Assembly: GCA_048940645.1 (NCBI GenBank)
Contig: JBHLOI010000030.1
Location: 1-44,761 of the forward strand
Source: Promethearchaeota archaeon
GTDB lineage: Archaea; Asgardarchaeota; Lokiarchaeia; Sigyniarchaeales; SOKP01
Length of the DNA stretch: 44,761 bases
Reading direction: 5' to 3'
Shown piece after piece: positions 9,304-19,096 of this stretch (position 1 is the first letter of the stretch; every line of letters starts with the position of its first letter). The position numbers and the translations under genes were made by a program. The notes beneath the pieces are model-generated. The model did no database searches and was not told where the DNA came from. It was given only the letters and a program-made list of their open reading frames with translations.

Positions 9304-11118
9304 CTAAAGCCAAAATAGAGGCCTAAAGCCAAAATTTATAAAGGTTAAAAGGAAATTCAAGAGTACGATGATTACTGTTATAATTCGGATTATATTTAAG
9401 GTTAATTTCTTCTTTTTACTTTTTTCATCATATAAATATTCATATGAGATCTCAAAAACTGTATCTCTTTTTATTTTTGAGTCTTCTGGCAATTTTATTA
9501 AAACAGTATCTTTAAAACCATCACCTATTTTATCAATTAACTCATAATTTTCTTTACCTAATATAATTTCGCTCTTTTCTTTTAATTCTGATTTATCTTT
9601 TAATTCAATCTTTACGTATTCAATATTTTCTACGTGATATTCTGATAAATTACACTCAGTATCCTTTTCTTTGTAAACAAATCTATCTTTCTTCTTTTTC
9701 TTTAAATCTTGATACTTTTCACCATAAATCCAATTAATAACTTCTTTTACCATTCTATCTCCATCAAAAATTGGTAATGGCATTGTATTGAAAAGCACTA
9801 AACTAAAAGCAATTACGAATAACATTCCGATCTCTTTTTGCCAAAAATCTGGCCAGTTAGCTGTGAAAAACTTTGCAAAATCATTTTTATGCATCCAATA
9901 TAAATAAGGAGTTAGTACTCCTACGAAAACGCCCGTAACTGAAACATTAACCAAATAATTTTCCCCAGGACCAGCACTTAAATTTAAAAATTTTAAACTA
10001 ACACTATTTAAAAAGCTGTTATAGAAAAATTTCTCTAAAGTATCACCTTTGGTCACATTAATTGAAGTTCCATTTATTTTGGTAATTATGAGATTTAGAC
10101 TCTCTTGACTAGAATGGTTATAAGTTATTTTTAATTGCGTATTTGAGGGATATTCATATTGTAAGCCTAAATAATAGCGAGGTCCTAATGTGACGTTCTT
10201 TTCTGAATCTTTATCACTATAGGGATTATAAACTTTAAAAGTTAAATTATCACCGACTGAACATTTGATTCTTGTTTTATTATTTAGAATTGTACTTAAA
10301 CTAATTCCTTGGAGTTCATCTAAATATAGATATTTATCATTAGTTTCATTCTGTTTTTTAATTGCATCAATTACGTCTCCGTCTTCAAGATTTCCATAAT
10401 TAAATCCACCCTGATAAGGTTCTAATACATTTTGAATTTGAGTTACTTGTTTATAGAAGGGAGATACAATATAAGGGAACGCAATCAATAATAAGAAACC
10501 TATTACTGCTGTAATAGCATTTACATAAGTTCCTGCACCAGCTATTCTTAATCTTGTATTTCTATGATGTTTACTTGAATTCAATTCCCACTCATCAACT
10601 TCAACAAAAGCCCCAAAACCAATTAAGTAAAAAACTCCCACACCCAAAACCCCTGTTGATTTAATTTCAACTCCATCAATACTTGCTGAAATTCCATGGG
10701 CAAATTCATGAGTGGTTAAAATAAATAATAAAGGTAAAATTAAATAAAATAAGACTGATATATCTACAGTAACTCCCGGAATAACTGGAAATACACCTTG
10801 CTCGGGGCTAGGAATAAAGATTAACTTAATAACGTTAGAAAAAAAGAAATATAAACCATAAATCGTAAATCCAAACGAAATAAAAATCCCAATATTCCAA
10901 AAAATCCTCCAAAAGCGAGGTTTTTTAGCAGCAACTTTTCTTATAAGATTATTCAATCTTTTTGTTTTAAACATCGCAAGTAAGGGAAAAAAAAAGCTAT
11001 AAGAACCCTTTCTATTTCTTAGAAGATAAACCATTAAACTTACAATTACCCAAAAAATTAAGGAAAGTATAAAGTATGGGTTTAGAATGAATCCTAAAAT
11101 GATATCAAGAAAACTCAT
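9304..11118 (-). CDS. Site-2 protease (M50 intramembrane metalloprotease)
   Basis: HEFAH, GAFVE, AGTYVN, NTMPLPIFDG, several TM helices, large soluble inserts. Confidence 0.92.
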   Translation of the reverse strand: MSFLDIILGFILNPYFILSLIFWVIVSLMVYLLRNRKGSYSFFFPLLAMFKTKRLNNLIRKVAAKKPRFWRIFWNIGIFISFGFTIYGLYFFFSNVIKLIFIPSPEQGVFPVIPGVTVDISVLFYLILPLLFILTTHEFAHGISASIDGVEIKSTGVLGVGVFYLIGFGAFVEVDEWELNSSKHHRNTRLRIAGAGTYVNAITAVIGFLLLIAFPYIVSPFYKQVTQIQNVLEPYQGGFNYGNLEDGDVIDAIKKQNETNDKYLYLDELQGISLSTILNNKTRIKCSVGDNLTFKVYNPYSDKDSEKNVTLGPRYYLGLQYEYPSNTQLKITYNHSSQESLNLIITKINGTSINVTKGDTLEKFFYNSFLNSVSLKFLNLSAGPGENYLVNVSVTGVFVGVLTPYLYWMHKNDFAKFFTANWPDFWQKEIGMLFVIAFSLVLFNTMPLPIFDGDRMVKEVINWIYGEKYQDLKKKKKDRFVYKEKDTECNLSEYHVENIEYVKIELKDKSELKEKSEIILGKENYELIDKIGDGFKDTVLIKLPEDSKIKRDTVFEISYEYLYDEKSKKKKLTLNIIRIITVIIVLLNFLLTFINFGFRPLFWL

Positions 11119-11208
11119 TTATTCTTACTCTTAATCTAATAATTATTAACAAATCTAGATTAAAATTAAATTTATTCTATTTAAAAAGTAATGAAATAAA
11201 TTAAATAT

Positions 11209-11922
11209 TTAGGATATTAAATTATTTTTTTTTAAAATCCAGTTTTCTATTAAAAAACTTTGAGTATTATTTTTCCTTAGAATATATTGAGAATGAATAG
11301 TAGATTTAGGAATCCATACTCCCCTATCAGAATTAAATTGAACTAAAATAGCCTTATTTGACTCGGCTTTAATTGAACCCTCTATTTGAGTCATAATTGG
11401 AGTTTTTTTCATAGAAGGTCGCTCCTCTATTACCTCTTTATAAATATTGGAAAAATTTTTCTCAATAATTAAATTATGATCGAACTCATCTTGAAAGACA
11501 GTTTTATCTTTTTCTTTTGAAGATGTAGCATAGAAAATTTTTTCATTTAGTATGTGTGTTAATAATAATCTTAAGATTTCTACTTGAGCGAAATTTAGCA
11601 TTTTTGAATAATCACCAATATTTATCCATAGAACATCCGCATTAATATCTTCCCAGCTAATTGAAATGTGGGTTTTTTTATCTTGATATGAATGGTAATT
11701 TGTCCAATTGATTAATTTCCTATTTAATACCTGTAAAATCATAACAACTTCTTCTAAGGAGAATTTTATAGTTTTTCCCTCATTAGCAGAAGGCTTTTCC
11801 CAAACTCCGTTAGGTTTTTTCTTTATACATTGAAAAAGTACAAAATTTTTTGATCTTGATAAGGTTTTTACAATTATACCTGTATTTTGACCAAAGAAAC
11901 TTTGAATATGTGAATCAACCAT
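11209..11922 (-). CDS. Hypothetical protein, possible Whirly/PC4-like nucleic-acid-binding fold plus a small C-terminal domain
   Basis: Long clean ORF with a beta-beta-beta-alpha pattern twice (KTIKFSLEEV, SKMLNFAQVEIL) and C-terminal KAILV...WIPKS.I...IENW. The function call is weak. Confidence 0.55.
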   Translation of the reverse strand: MVDSHIQSFFGQNTGIIVKTLSRSKNFVLFQCIKKKPNGVWEKPSANEGKTIKFSLEEVVMILQVLNRKLINWTNYHSYQDKKTHISISWEDINADVLWINIGDYSKMLNFAQVEILRLLLTHILNEKIFYATSSKEKDKTVFQDEFDHNLIIEKNFSNIYKEVIEERPSMKKTPIMTQIEGSIKAESNKAILVQFNSDRGVWIPKSTIHSQYILRKNNTQSFLIENWILKKNNLIS

Positions 11923-12089
11923 GATGCTCTAATGATTTATTTTGATTTTAATAAATTATAAATTATTTATAACTTATTTTCATTTTAAATTAAAAAAACC
12001 CATTAAAACATCTAAAAAGGGTAAAGATTAAAATATAAAATAATTATAAAGATATATAGAAATTAGAATTTTTTCATAGGAGCACGTAT

Positions 12090-12224
12090 AGCGGGGTGGG
12101 CTAGCCTGGTTTATGCCGCAGGGCTCATATATGGTTTTTCCCATCCATAGAGACACCCTGAGATCGTTCTTCCACGCTCGAAAGAACGGCAGACTCGTTC
12201 GTTCAAATCGAACCCCCGCTACCA
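12090..12224 (+). tRNA. Initiator tRNA-Met(CAT) with two introns (12130-12154 at 37/38; 12164-12194 at about 46/47), CCA encoded
   Basis: A1-U72, GGG/CCC anticodon stem and CTCATA loop. Removing both hairpin introns gives a standard cloverleaf with T-arm GTTCG TTCAAAT CGAAC. Confidence 0.92.
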
Positions 12225-12375
12225 TTTACTTATATTATCAATTACCTTTTTTCAAATTCAAATTAATTTCAGGATTTCAATATAAAAATATTTATACTTT
12301 AATAGATACATCTTTATTTTTGAGAAATTTCATTTATTATAAAGTTAGGATTCTCAAATATTGGTATATAGTTCT

Positions 12376-13092
12376 ATGAGTGAATTTCAGAGAAGACGGT
12401 TACCTGCTATTCGTTGTTGGATTAAACACCTCCTCGAAGGTCAATTTATAGATGAGAAGAATATGTTAAATACAATTTTTGGGAGTGTAAAAAGAGTTCG
12501 CATTATAGGGACAATAATTGAAAAGAAATTAAAAGTAATTAATCAAATGTCTAATGACTCAACTTCTCAATATAATGATGAAATCTCAAATGCAAGAATA
12601 GAGCTCGAGTTAGATGATGGTACAGGATTAATTCGAGCAAATATATGGAGAGCAAATCCAAAATCCCATAATGAGCTTAATAAAGGTGATTTAGTTGATA
12701 TTATTGGGTTAATTAATTATAAATACGACAATCTCTCAATTTCAACTGAACTTATTAAAAAAATCGAAAATCCGAATAAATTATTATTAAGAAATGCGGA
12801 AATAATAAAGAAAATTAAATTTGGCAAAGAAGATGTTGTTCAGGAAACGGTCCATAAGACATCTAACATTGACTTATTATTATTTGAACAATCAAGCGAA
12901 AGTGTGGATAAATTTAAGGAGAAAATTTTTTCTATAATAGAAAATTTTTCTCAAAGTGGAAAGGGAATAAGCTTTACAGATTTATTGAAAAAGATAGATA
13001 TTTCTGAGGATAAATTAAGGAGATATATTAGAGATTTAGAAATGGAATCCAAAATTTATCAAGCAGAAGAAAATTTTTACCAAACCTATTAA
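12376..13092 (+). CDS. RPA2/RPA32-like protein (OB fold plus C-terminal winged helix)
   Basis: VKRVRIIGTI, LDDGTG.IRA..W, GDLVDIIG; C-terminal GISF..L...L..E.KIY wHTH pattern. Confidence 0.8.
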   Translation: MSEFQRRRLPAIRCWIKHLLEGQFIDEKNMLNTIFGSVKRVRIIGTIIEKKLKVINQMSNDSTSQYNDEISNARIELELDDGTGLIRANIWRANPKSHNELNKGDLVDIIGLINYKYDNLSISTELIKKIENPNKLLLRNAEIIKKIKFGKEDVVQETVHKTSNIDLLLFEQSSESVDKFKEKIFSIIENFSQSGKGISFTDLLKKIDISEDKLRRYIRDLEMESKIYQAEENFYQTY

Positions 13093-13200
13093 AAACATCC
13101 CTTATAAGACAAAATTTTAAAAAAATCTTATTAAAAATAGCAAAAATATTTTTGAAAGGGTCATTACTTATTTTATTGAATATAATTTAGGTTGATTTAG

Positions 13201-13614
13201 ATGGATTTAAATGATTATGAAAAACTTCTCGAAAGAGCATATGAAAATATACCAGAAAACGTAAAAAAGCTTTCAAGATTTGAAATACCTAAAGTTCAAA
13301 TAAGAATAGAGTCAAAAAATACATACATTATAAATTTTAATAAGATTATCAATACTCTAAATCGAGATAGACGTCATTTTTTAGGAATTTTTCTTAAGAA
13401 AGCAGGTACGATGGGTGAAATTCGTGGACAACAATTGTTTTTAAAAGGTACCTATAAAGAGCAAGTCTTAAATAGATTAATTGAGCAATATTCTAAAACC
13501 TACGTATTATGTAAAATATGTAATAAACCAGATACTGAAATTCAGCGAGAAGGTAAAAAGGAATTCCTTAAATGTACCGCTTGTGGAGCAAGAGAAGAAA
13601 TTAAAGAAAGGTAA
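13201..13614 (+). CDS. Translation initiation factor aIF2 beta
   Basis: YEKLLERAY, RFEIP, NF..I...LNR, YVLCKICNKPDT...CTACGA. Confidence 0.96.
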   Translation: MDLNDYEKLLERAYENIPENVKKLSRFEIPKVQIRIESKNTYIINFNKIINTLNRDRRHFLGIFLKKAGTMGEIRGQQLFLKGTYKEQVLNRLIEQYSKTYVLCKICNKPDTEIQREGKKEFLKCTACGAREEIKER

Positions 13615-13631
13615 AATATTAACTTAAAGCT

Positions 13632-13928
13632 ATGAGAGTATATCTTAAAATTCACATAAGAAATGAGATTGAAACTGTGGCTTGTTGTGATGAATTATTA
13701 TTAAATCAGATTTTCACTGAAGGTAACTTAAGAATTGAGATTAATGAACAATTTTTTGGTGGTAATCTTATAGATATTGATGATGCTATAGAAATTTTAA
13801 AAGATGCCTCTTATTTCAATATTGTAGGAGAAAATATTATTAATAAAGTAATAGAACTTAAAATCCTTCCGAAGGAAGGTGTTCGTTCAATAAATGGCGT
13901 TCCAATGGCTTTAAAGATGATGTTTTGA
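13632..13928 (+). CDS. DUF424 family protein
   Basis: VACCDELL, FFGG, NIVGE, INGVP; conserved position between aIF2-beta and NMD3. Confidence 0.88.
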   Translation: MRVYLKIHIRNEIETVACCDELLLNQIFTEGNLRIEINEQFFGGNLIDIDDAIEILKDASYFNIVGENIINKVIELKILPKEGVRSINGVPMALKMMF

Positions 13929-15667
13929 TGCCTCATAGGTTTTGTGCTATATGTGGAAGAAATATAAAAAATGATTCACCTCATTTTGGAATGTGTCTTT
14001 CTTGCTTTTTGAAAGAACATCCGTTATTTGAATTACCTATAAATTTTAATTTTAAAGTTTGTCTTGACTGTGGAAGTTATTCCAAGAAAGATAATTGGAT
14101 TTCAGTAGATACAGATGACATTTTTTTTATTATTGAACAATCTATTTTTAGGTTTTTGTTAAAAAACTATATGAAAATAGAGAAAATTGCATTTTCCATT
14201 AACTATGAGGAAAATAGTTTTATTTACTCTTCAAAAGATGTATTAACCTCTTTAGATGTTAAAATTAAAGGAGTACTAAAAGAAGATAAGAAAATTTGCT
14301 ATGAACAAAAAGTAAGGATAAATATTAGTTATGATTTTTGTGTTAATTGTTTAAATTTGAGAGGAGGTAAATACTATTTATCTATACTACAATTACGAGT
14401 TATTAATGAAAACTATTTTGATTTAATTGAACAAGTTTTAGATAGCATCCAAATATATGTTGAAAAACTATTTGAAAGAGATAAGAAACAATATATTTCA
14501 AAAATAATAGATCAAAAGTATGGTGTTGACCTTTTATTAAGTAGTAATGAATTACTAAACCATATTATCTCCTTTCTAAGGCCTAAATACCATTTCCTTC
14601 TAAAAAGAACTAAAAAGTTAGTTGGTAGAGACATTCAAAAAGGAAAAAATCTATATAGATTAAAAGCTTTAGTAAAATTTTTACCTTTTAAAAAAAATGA
14701 TACGATTAAGATTGAAAATGATAAATTTGTTGTTGATAACATAACTAAAAATAAAATTGTATTAAGGAGCGAAGATAATTCAAAATCAGTAAAAAATTAT
14801 TCATTTTTTTTCAATGATAAAAATTTTATTAAGATTATTGGAGGAGATTACTTGAGTAACGATAAAGATTTTGATAATAATTCTTTAAATGATAATTTTA
14901 ACTCTGAAATTGATGAATTAGAAAAAAAGAGCATAGATTTTAAAAGAATAAGGAAAATTGATCAGACAAAAAAGAGAGCTACTGTAGATTCTGTATTTGA
15001 TGAGCGAACAGTTTTTAATTTAAATAACCTATTAATTAATGGTCCGTTAGATAAGATTGAGGGAATTATTTCAGCAGGTAAAGAAGCTAACATTTATTTA
15101 GCTTATGATAAAGATGGTCGAGAGGTCGCGGTGAAAATTTATAAAATTGATAGTAATACATCAAAATGGATGCGTAATTATATCATTGGTGATCCTCGAT
15201 TTAAAAAGATACCTAATAACCCTTCAAAAATTATTTTTTTATGGGCAAGTAAAGAATTTAAAAATTTGAAGAGAGCATTTAAAGAAGGTTTAAGCGTGCC
15301 AAAGCCTATTCATATTAAGAATAATATATTAATTATGGAATATATTGGCTTTGAATCTATCCCTGCTCCTAAACTTAAAGATATCAAGAGACCAAAAAAT
15401 CCTGAGGGTTTATTAAAACAGATATTCGCATTTATCAAGGAATTATATCAAAAAGCTAATCTAGTGCATGCTGATTTATCTGAATTCAACATTTTATATC
15501 ATAATCAAAAACCCGTTTTTATTGATATCTCTCAAGCAGTTGATACTCAACACCCTAAAGCAGAGATTTATTTAGTAAGAGATATTAAAAATATTGCTAA
15601 ATATTTCGAAAAATTGGGAGTTGAAGTACCAAATCAAGAAACTTTTTATTATGGAATAATTAAATAG
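13925..15667 (+). CDS. NMD3-like protein fused in frame to RIO1 kinase
   Basis: N-half: FCAICG..CLSC..CLDCG..CVNC...Y.SILQLR, G.D, KLVG.D...GK..YR. C-half: ISAGKEANIY, AVKIY, WA.KEF.NL, LVHADLSEFNIL, IDISQAV. Confidence 0.9.
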   Translation: MMPHRFCAICGRNIKNDSPHFGMCLSCFLKEHPLFELPINFNFKVCLDCGSYSKKDNWISVDTDDIFFIIEQSIFRFLLKNYMKIEKIAFSINYEENSFIYSSKDVLTSLDVKIKGVLKEDKKICYEQKVRINISYDFCVNCLNLRGGKYYLSILQLRVINENYFDLIEQVLDSIQIYVEKLFERDKKQYISKIIDQKYGVDLLLSSNELLNHIISFLRPKYHFLLKRTKKLVGRDIQKGKNLYRLKALVKFLPFKKNDTIKIENDKFVVDNITKNKIVLRSEDNSKSVKNYSFFFNDKNFIKIIGGDYLSNDKDFDNNSLNDNFNSEIDELEKKSIDFKRIRKIDQTKKRATVDSVFDERTVFNLNNLLINGPLDKIEGIISAGKEANIYLAYDKDGREVAVKIYKIDSNTSKWMRNYIIGDPRFKKIPNNPSKIIFLWASKEFKNLKRAFKEGLSVPKPIHIKNNILIMEYIGFESIPAPKLKDIKRPKNPEGLLKQIFAFIKELYQKANLVHADLSEFNILYHNQKPVFIDISQAVDTQHPKAEIYLVRDIKNIAKYFEKLGVEVPNQETFYYGIIK

Positions 15668-15694
15668 ATATTTACTACTAAATTCGATGGTATA

Positions 15695-16252
15695 ATGAAG
15701 ATTGGAAAAAATAGAATTGCTGTAATTATTGGTAAAGGTGGAGAAACTAAAAAAATAATTGAAGATGCTCTAAATGTGAAAATTTTATTAGACAGTAAAA
15801 CAGGAGATTGTGAAATAAAACCAATAATAAAAAGTCCTGAGTATAATCCTTTGAATGTTCTTACAGCAGAAAAAATTATAAATGCAATTAATAGGGGCTT
15901 CAATCCCGTAAAAGCTATGAAATTAATAGAGGTTACGTATGATCTTCAAATATTCAATCTTTATGATATTTTAGGAAAATCTGAGAAAAAAGTAAAAAGA
16001 ATGAAAGGACGGATAATTGGAAGGGGAGGTGAAATGAGAAAAGCGATAGAGAGATATGCTGAAAGTTTTATCTCCGTTTATGGTAAAACTATATCTATAA
16101 TAGCAGATTATGAAAATTTACAAATATCAAGAAAAGCCATAAATATGTTATTAAGCGGAGTTCCACATCATACCGTATTAAGATTTTTAGAAAATAAGTA
16201 CAATGAGAAAAAAAGAGAAGAATTCCGTAAAATGTATAAACCTCAATTTTAA
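15695..16252 (+). CDS. KH-domain pre-rRNA processing protein (Pno1/Dim2)
   Basis: RIAVIIGKGG, I.RGF.P..A, GRIIGRGG, G.PH. Confidence 0.92.
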   Translation: MKIGKNRIAVIIGKGGETKKIIEDALNVKILLDSKTGDCEIKPIIKSPEYNPLNVLTAEKIINAINRGFNPVKAMKLIEVTYDLQIFNLYDILGKSEKKVKRMKGRIIGRGGEMRKAIERYAESFISVYGKTISIIADYENLQISRKAINMLLSGVPHHTVLRFLENKYNEKKREEFRKMYKPQF

Positions 16253-16257
16253 AAGAA

Positions 16258-16614
16258 TTATTTTTTTAATCCTTTTATAAGATCATTAGCAATATCTTTC
16301 CCATAAATTATTTCTTTAATTTCGCATATTAGTTCATTTAAATTATAAATATTTTGATTAAAGTAAAGCTCGTTGAAGATTTCCTTGTTTTCACAATCAA
16401 AATGAATTTCAAAACTTTTAATTGAATAGAAATTTAACTCATAAGGTTTAAAAATAACAATATATCTTGGATATAAGTTTTTCTCTCTTAAAGAAATAGC
16501 CCATCCTTCTTGGTAATAATTAATTTTAATAGAAAATAACTCTCTCCATGTATCAAGAAAGTTTAATATATCATTAATCTGATTTTGTGTGGTAGAAGAA
16601 TACTTCTTTTCCAT
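16258..16614 (-). CDS. Hypothetical protein
   Basis: 118-aa ORF filling the gap after ftsZ on the same strand; no recognised motif. Confidence 0.6.
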   Translation of the reverse strand: MEKKYSSTTQNQINDILNFLDTWRELFSIKINYYQEGWAISLREKNLYPRYIVIFKPYELNFYSIKSFEIHFDCENKEIFNELYFNQNIYNLNELICEIKEIIYGKDIANDLIKGLKK

Positions 16615-16662
16615 ATAAAAGAATATATAAAGGAGTTTATAAAGAGAAATTAAATTTTAGAT

Positions 16663-17769
16663 TTAATCAAAAGCGATCTCTCCAATATTAAAAATATCAT
16701 CAGATAAACCTATCTTCTGCTTTTGGGTTTGCTTACTAGGAATCGGTGAGTTATAGCTATTATCTTTACCAAAAATTTGTGGGGATTTGATACCTGTTAT
16801 TAGAAGCATAACTCTTAAATACCCATCATATTCATCATTTACTCTAGCACCCCATATTACCATTGAATCATTTACATCCATTTTTTCTGTAATTTTTTTC
16901 GCTACTGAATTTGCTTCTGCTAAAGTCATATCATTTCCACCACATATATGGATTAAAGCGCCTTTTGCTCCATCGATAGATACATCTAATAAGGGAGAAC
17001 TAAGAGCATCTTCGATTGCCTCTTTAACACGATTTTCTTTATTCCCAGATTCGCCAACTCCTACGATTGCTACCCCTCCTGTGCTTAATATGGTTCGAAC
17101 ATCAGCAAAATCTAAATTTATTAATGACGGAAGCGAAATTGTTTCAGTTATTCCTTTAACCATTGTTGCTAAGACTTCATCTGCTACACTAAAAGCTTCT
17201 ATAATTGGTAGATCAGGTGCTATTTCTAATAAACGATTATTATCAATTACAACTAAAGTGTCTGCATATTTCTTTAATTCATTTAAACCTATTTGAGCTT
17301 TTTCAATACGACCAATTTCTGTATCAAAGGGTAAAGTAACAACACCAACTACAATGGCACCTTCTAGTTTAGCGATTTCCGCTACAATTGGGGCACTTCC
17401 AGTACCAGTGCCGCCACCTTCTCCGCAGGTGATGAATACTAAATTTGATTCTCTTAATACCTTTGTTAAGTCTTCTCTTGATTCTTCAGCAGCAGCGTGC
17501 CCTATTTCTGGATTCCCTCCTGCCCCTAATCCCCTTGTCAAATTCTTCCCTATTAAAATCTTTATATGAGCCTCAACCATATCTAAATGTTGACAATCAG
17601 TATTAATAGCAACACATTTTGCACCACGAATACCAATTTTCATCAATCTATCAATAGTATTGTTTCCAGCACCACCACAACCTATAATTTTTATATTCGC
17701 ATATCCAAAATTTTCTTTAGTTGGCCTAACTATTTCTCTTTTTCGACCAGTTCTTATTAACGATTCCAT
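16663..17769 (-). CDS. ftsZ: Cell division protein FtsZ
   Basis: GCGGAGNN, NTD, GLGAGGNP, GGGTGTG, INLDFADV. Confidence 0.98.
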   Translation of the reverse strand: MESLIRTGRKREIVRPTKENFGYANIKIIGCGGAGNNTIDRLMKIGIRGAKCVAINTDCQHLDMVEAHIKILIGKNLTRGLGAGGNPEIGHAAAEESREDLTKVLRESNLVFITCGEGGGTGTGSAPIVAEIAKLEGAIVVGVVTLPFDTEIGRIEKAQIGLNELKKYADTLVVIDNNRLLEIAPDLPIIEAFSVADEVLATMVKGITETISLPSLINLDFADVRTILSTGGVAIVGVGESGNKENRVKEAIEDALSSPLLDVSIDGAKGALIHICGGNDMTLAEANSVAKKITEKMDVNDSMVIWGARVNDEYDGYLRVMLLITGIKSPQIFGKDNSYNSPIPSKQTQKQKIGLSDDIFNIGEIAFD

Positions 17770-17875
17770 TTATGGTACGCTCTTAGTTTAGTTATATCTT
17801 ACTGAAATAATATAACTGAAAAATTAGAATTATTATAATATGCACATATTATCTCCAGAATATGACTCAATTATA

Positions 17876-19096
17876 TTAAACCAATGAGAAATCATGATCG
17901 ATAACAGTATTAAATATTTGTTCAATATCTTTGTTTTTCACGAGGAAAATATTAGGTAAACCATAAGGAAAGCGATTAGAAAAAGTTAAAGTATAAGCAC
18001 CTACATTGGTTATTAAAACTATCTCTTCTTCATTGAATTCTTTAGTGAAGAAATAATCTTTAGCTAATACATCTTGATCTGTGGGAATAATTCCTCCAAT
18101 TGACGTTTTGTATTTATGTGGACTATTAATTTGCGATGCATTATAAAATCTTAAAGAGCATTTAGCAAATTTAGGACAAATATGGTTTCCTATATCTAAA
18201 AAAATCCATCTATTTTCTGTTTTATTAACTATTTTAGCAATAATCAGTCCAGAGTCTCCGACAAAATACCTACCTGGTTCTAAATAAATATTTTTTCCAT
18301 CTAAATTATAATTCACCAATTGGTCCTTAATATTAAGTGCCAGCTTTTCTAATTGTTTTTCTGACATAATAGTTGCTTCAGGGAATCCGCCTCCTAAGTT
18401 AATATTCGTCGGATTTAATCCTTGTCCTAAAAGAAGATGAAAGGCATTGCCTAAAGTTTTTACATTTTTGTTAAATTGATCTAAACTATTCATTTGAGTT
18501 GCATAGTGGGATAGGATGGTAGTAACTTTAATATTTTTGTAATTCTTCACAAAACTCACTAATTCTTTTAAACTTTCATTAGTTAACTGAATTCCTAATT
18601 TGCTATTAAATTTTGAAGATCTTATTCTTAAACATATATTCTGAATTTTATTCAACTTTTTAGCGATATTATCTATTTGATTTAGATAATTTATATTATA
18701 AACAATTATTTCTTTTACTCCTTTATCAATACTCATCTCAATTAGTTCTTTTGTTAAATATGGCCCTCCTATAATGATTTTTTCAGGAGGAAAACCTATT
18801 TCTAAAGCTAACTTAAGTTCTGGTAATCCAATTAATTCAGCGCCTATTCCTTCAGAATTAATTATTTTACAAATTTCTGGAAGAAAATTAGCTTTAAATG
18901 AATAGAAAACTTGGATGTTATCAAAAAGAGACTTAAATACCCTAGTAAAGGTCCTGACATTTTCTCTAATCTTGTTTTCCAAAAATATAAAAAATGGGGT
19001 TTTCGACCTTCCTAACAGATTAGAAAGACTTATTGAATCTATTAAAATATCATTATCTCTTTTGATTAAATAAGGATTACCAGCAATTTTTTTCAT
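17876..19096 (-). CDS. PLP-dependent fold-type III enzyme (LysA/ornithine decarboxylase-like, divergent)
   Basis: TPFFIF, YSFKAN, SKLG, NLGGGF, EPGRYFV, GAY. Confidence 0.85.
   Translation of the reverse strand: MKKIAGNPYLIKRDNDILIDSISLSNLLGRSKTPFFIFLENKIRENVRTFTRVFKSLFDNIQVFYSFKANFLPEICKIINSEGIGAELIGLPELKLALEIGFPPEKIIIGGPYLTKELIEMSIDKGVKEIIVYNINYLNQIDNIAKKLNKIQNICLRIRSSKFNSKLGIQLTNESLKELVSFVKNYKNIKVTTILSHYATQMNSLDQFNKNVKTLGNAFHLLLGQGLNPTNINLGGGFPEATIMSEKQLEKLALNIKDQLVNYNLDGKNIYLEPGRYFVGDSGLIIAKIVNKTENRWIFLDIGNHICPKFAKCSLRFYNASQINSPHKYKTSIGGIIPTDQDVLAKDYFFTKEFNEEEIVLITNVGAYTLTFSNRFPYGLPNIFLVKNKDIEQIFNTVIDHDFSLV

Noticed and set aside
12028-12379. ORFs 12028-12225(-) and 12113-12379(+)
   Set aside because: They overlap the intron-containing initiator tRNA gene and have no protein motifs.
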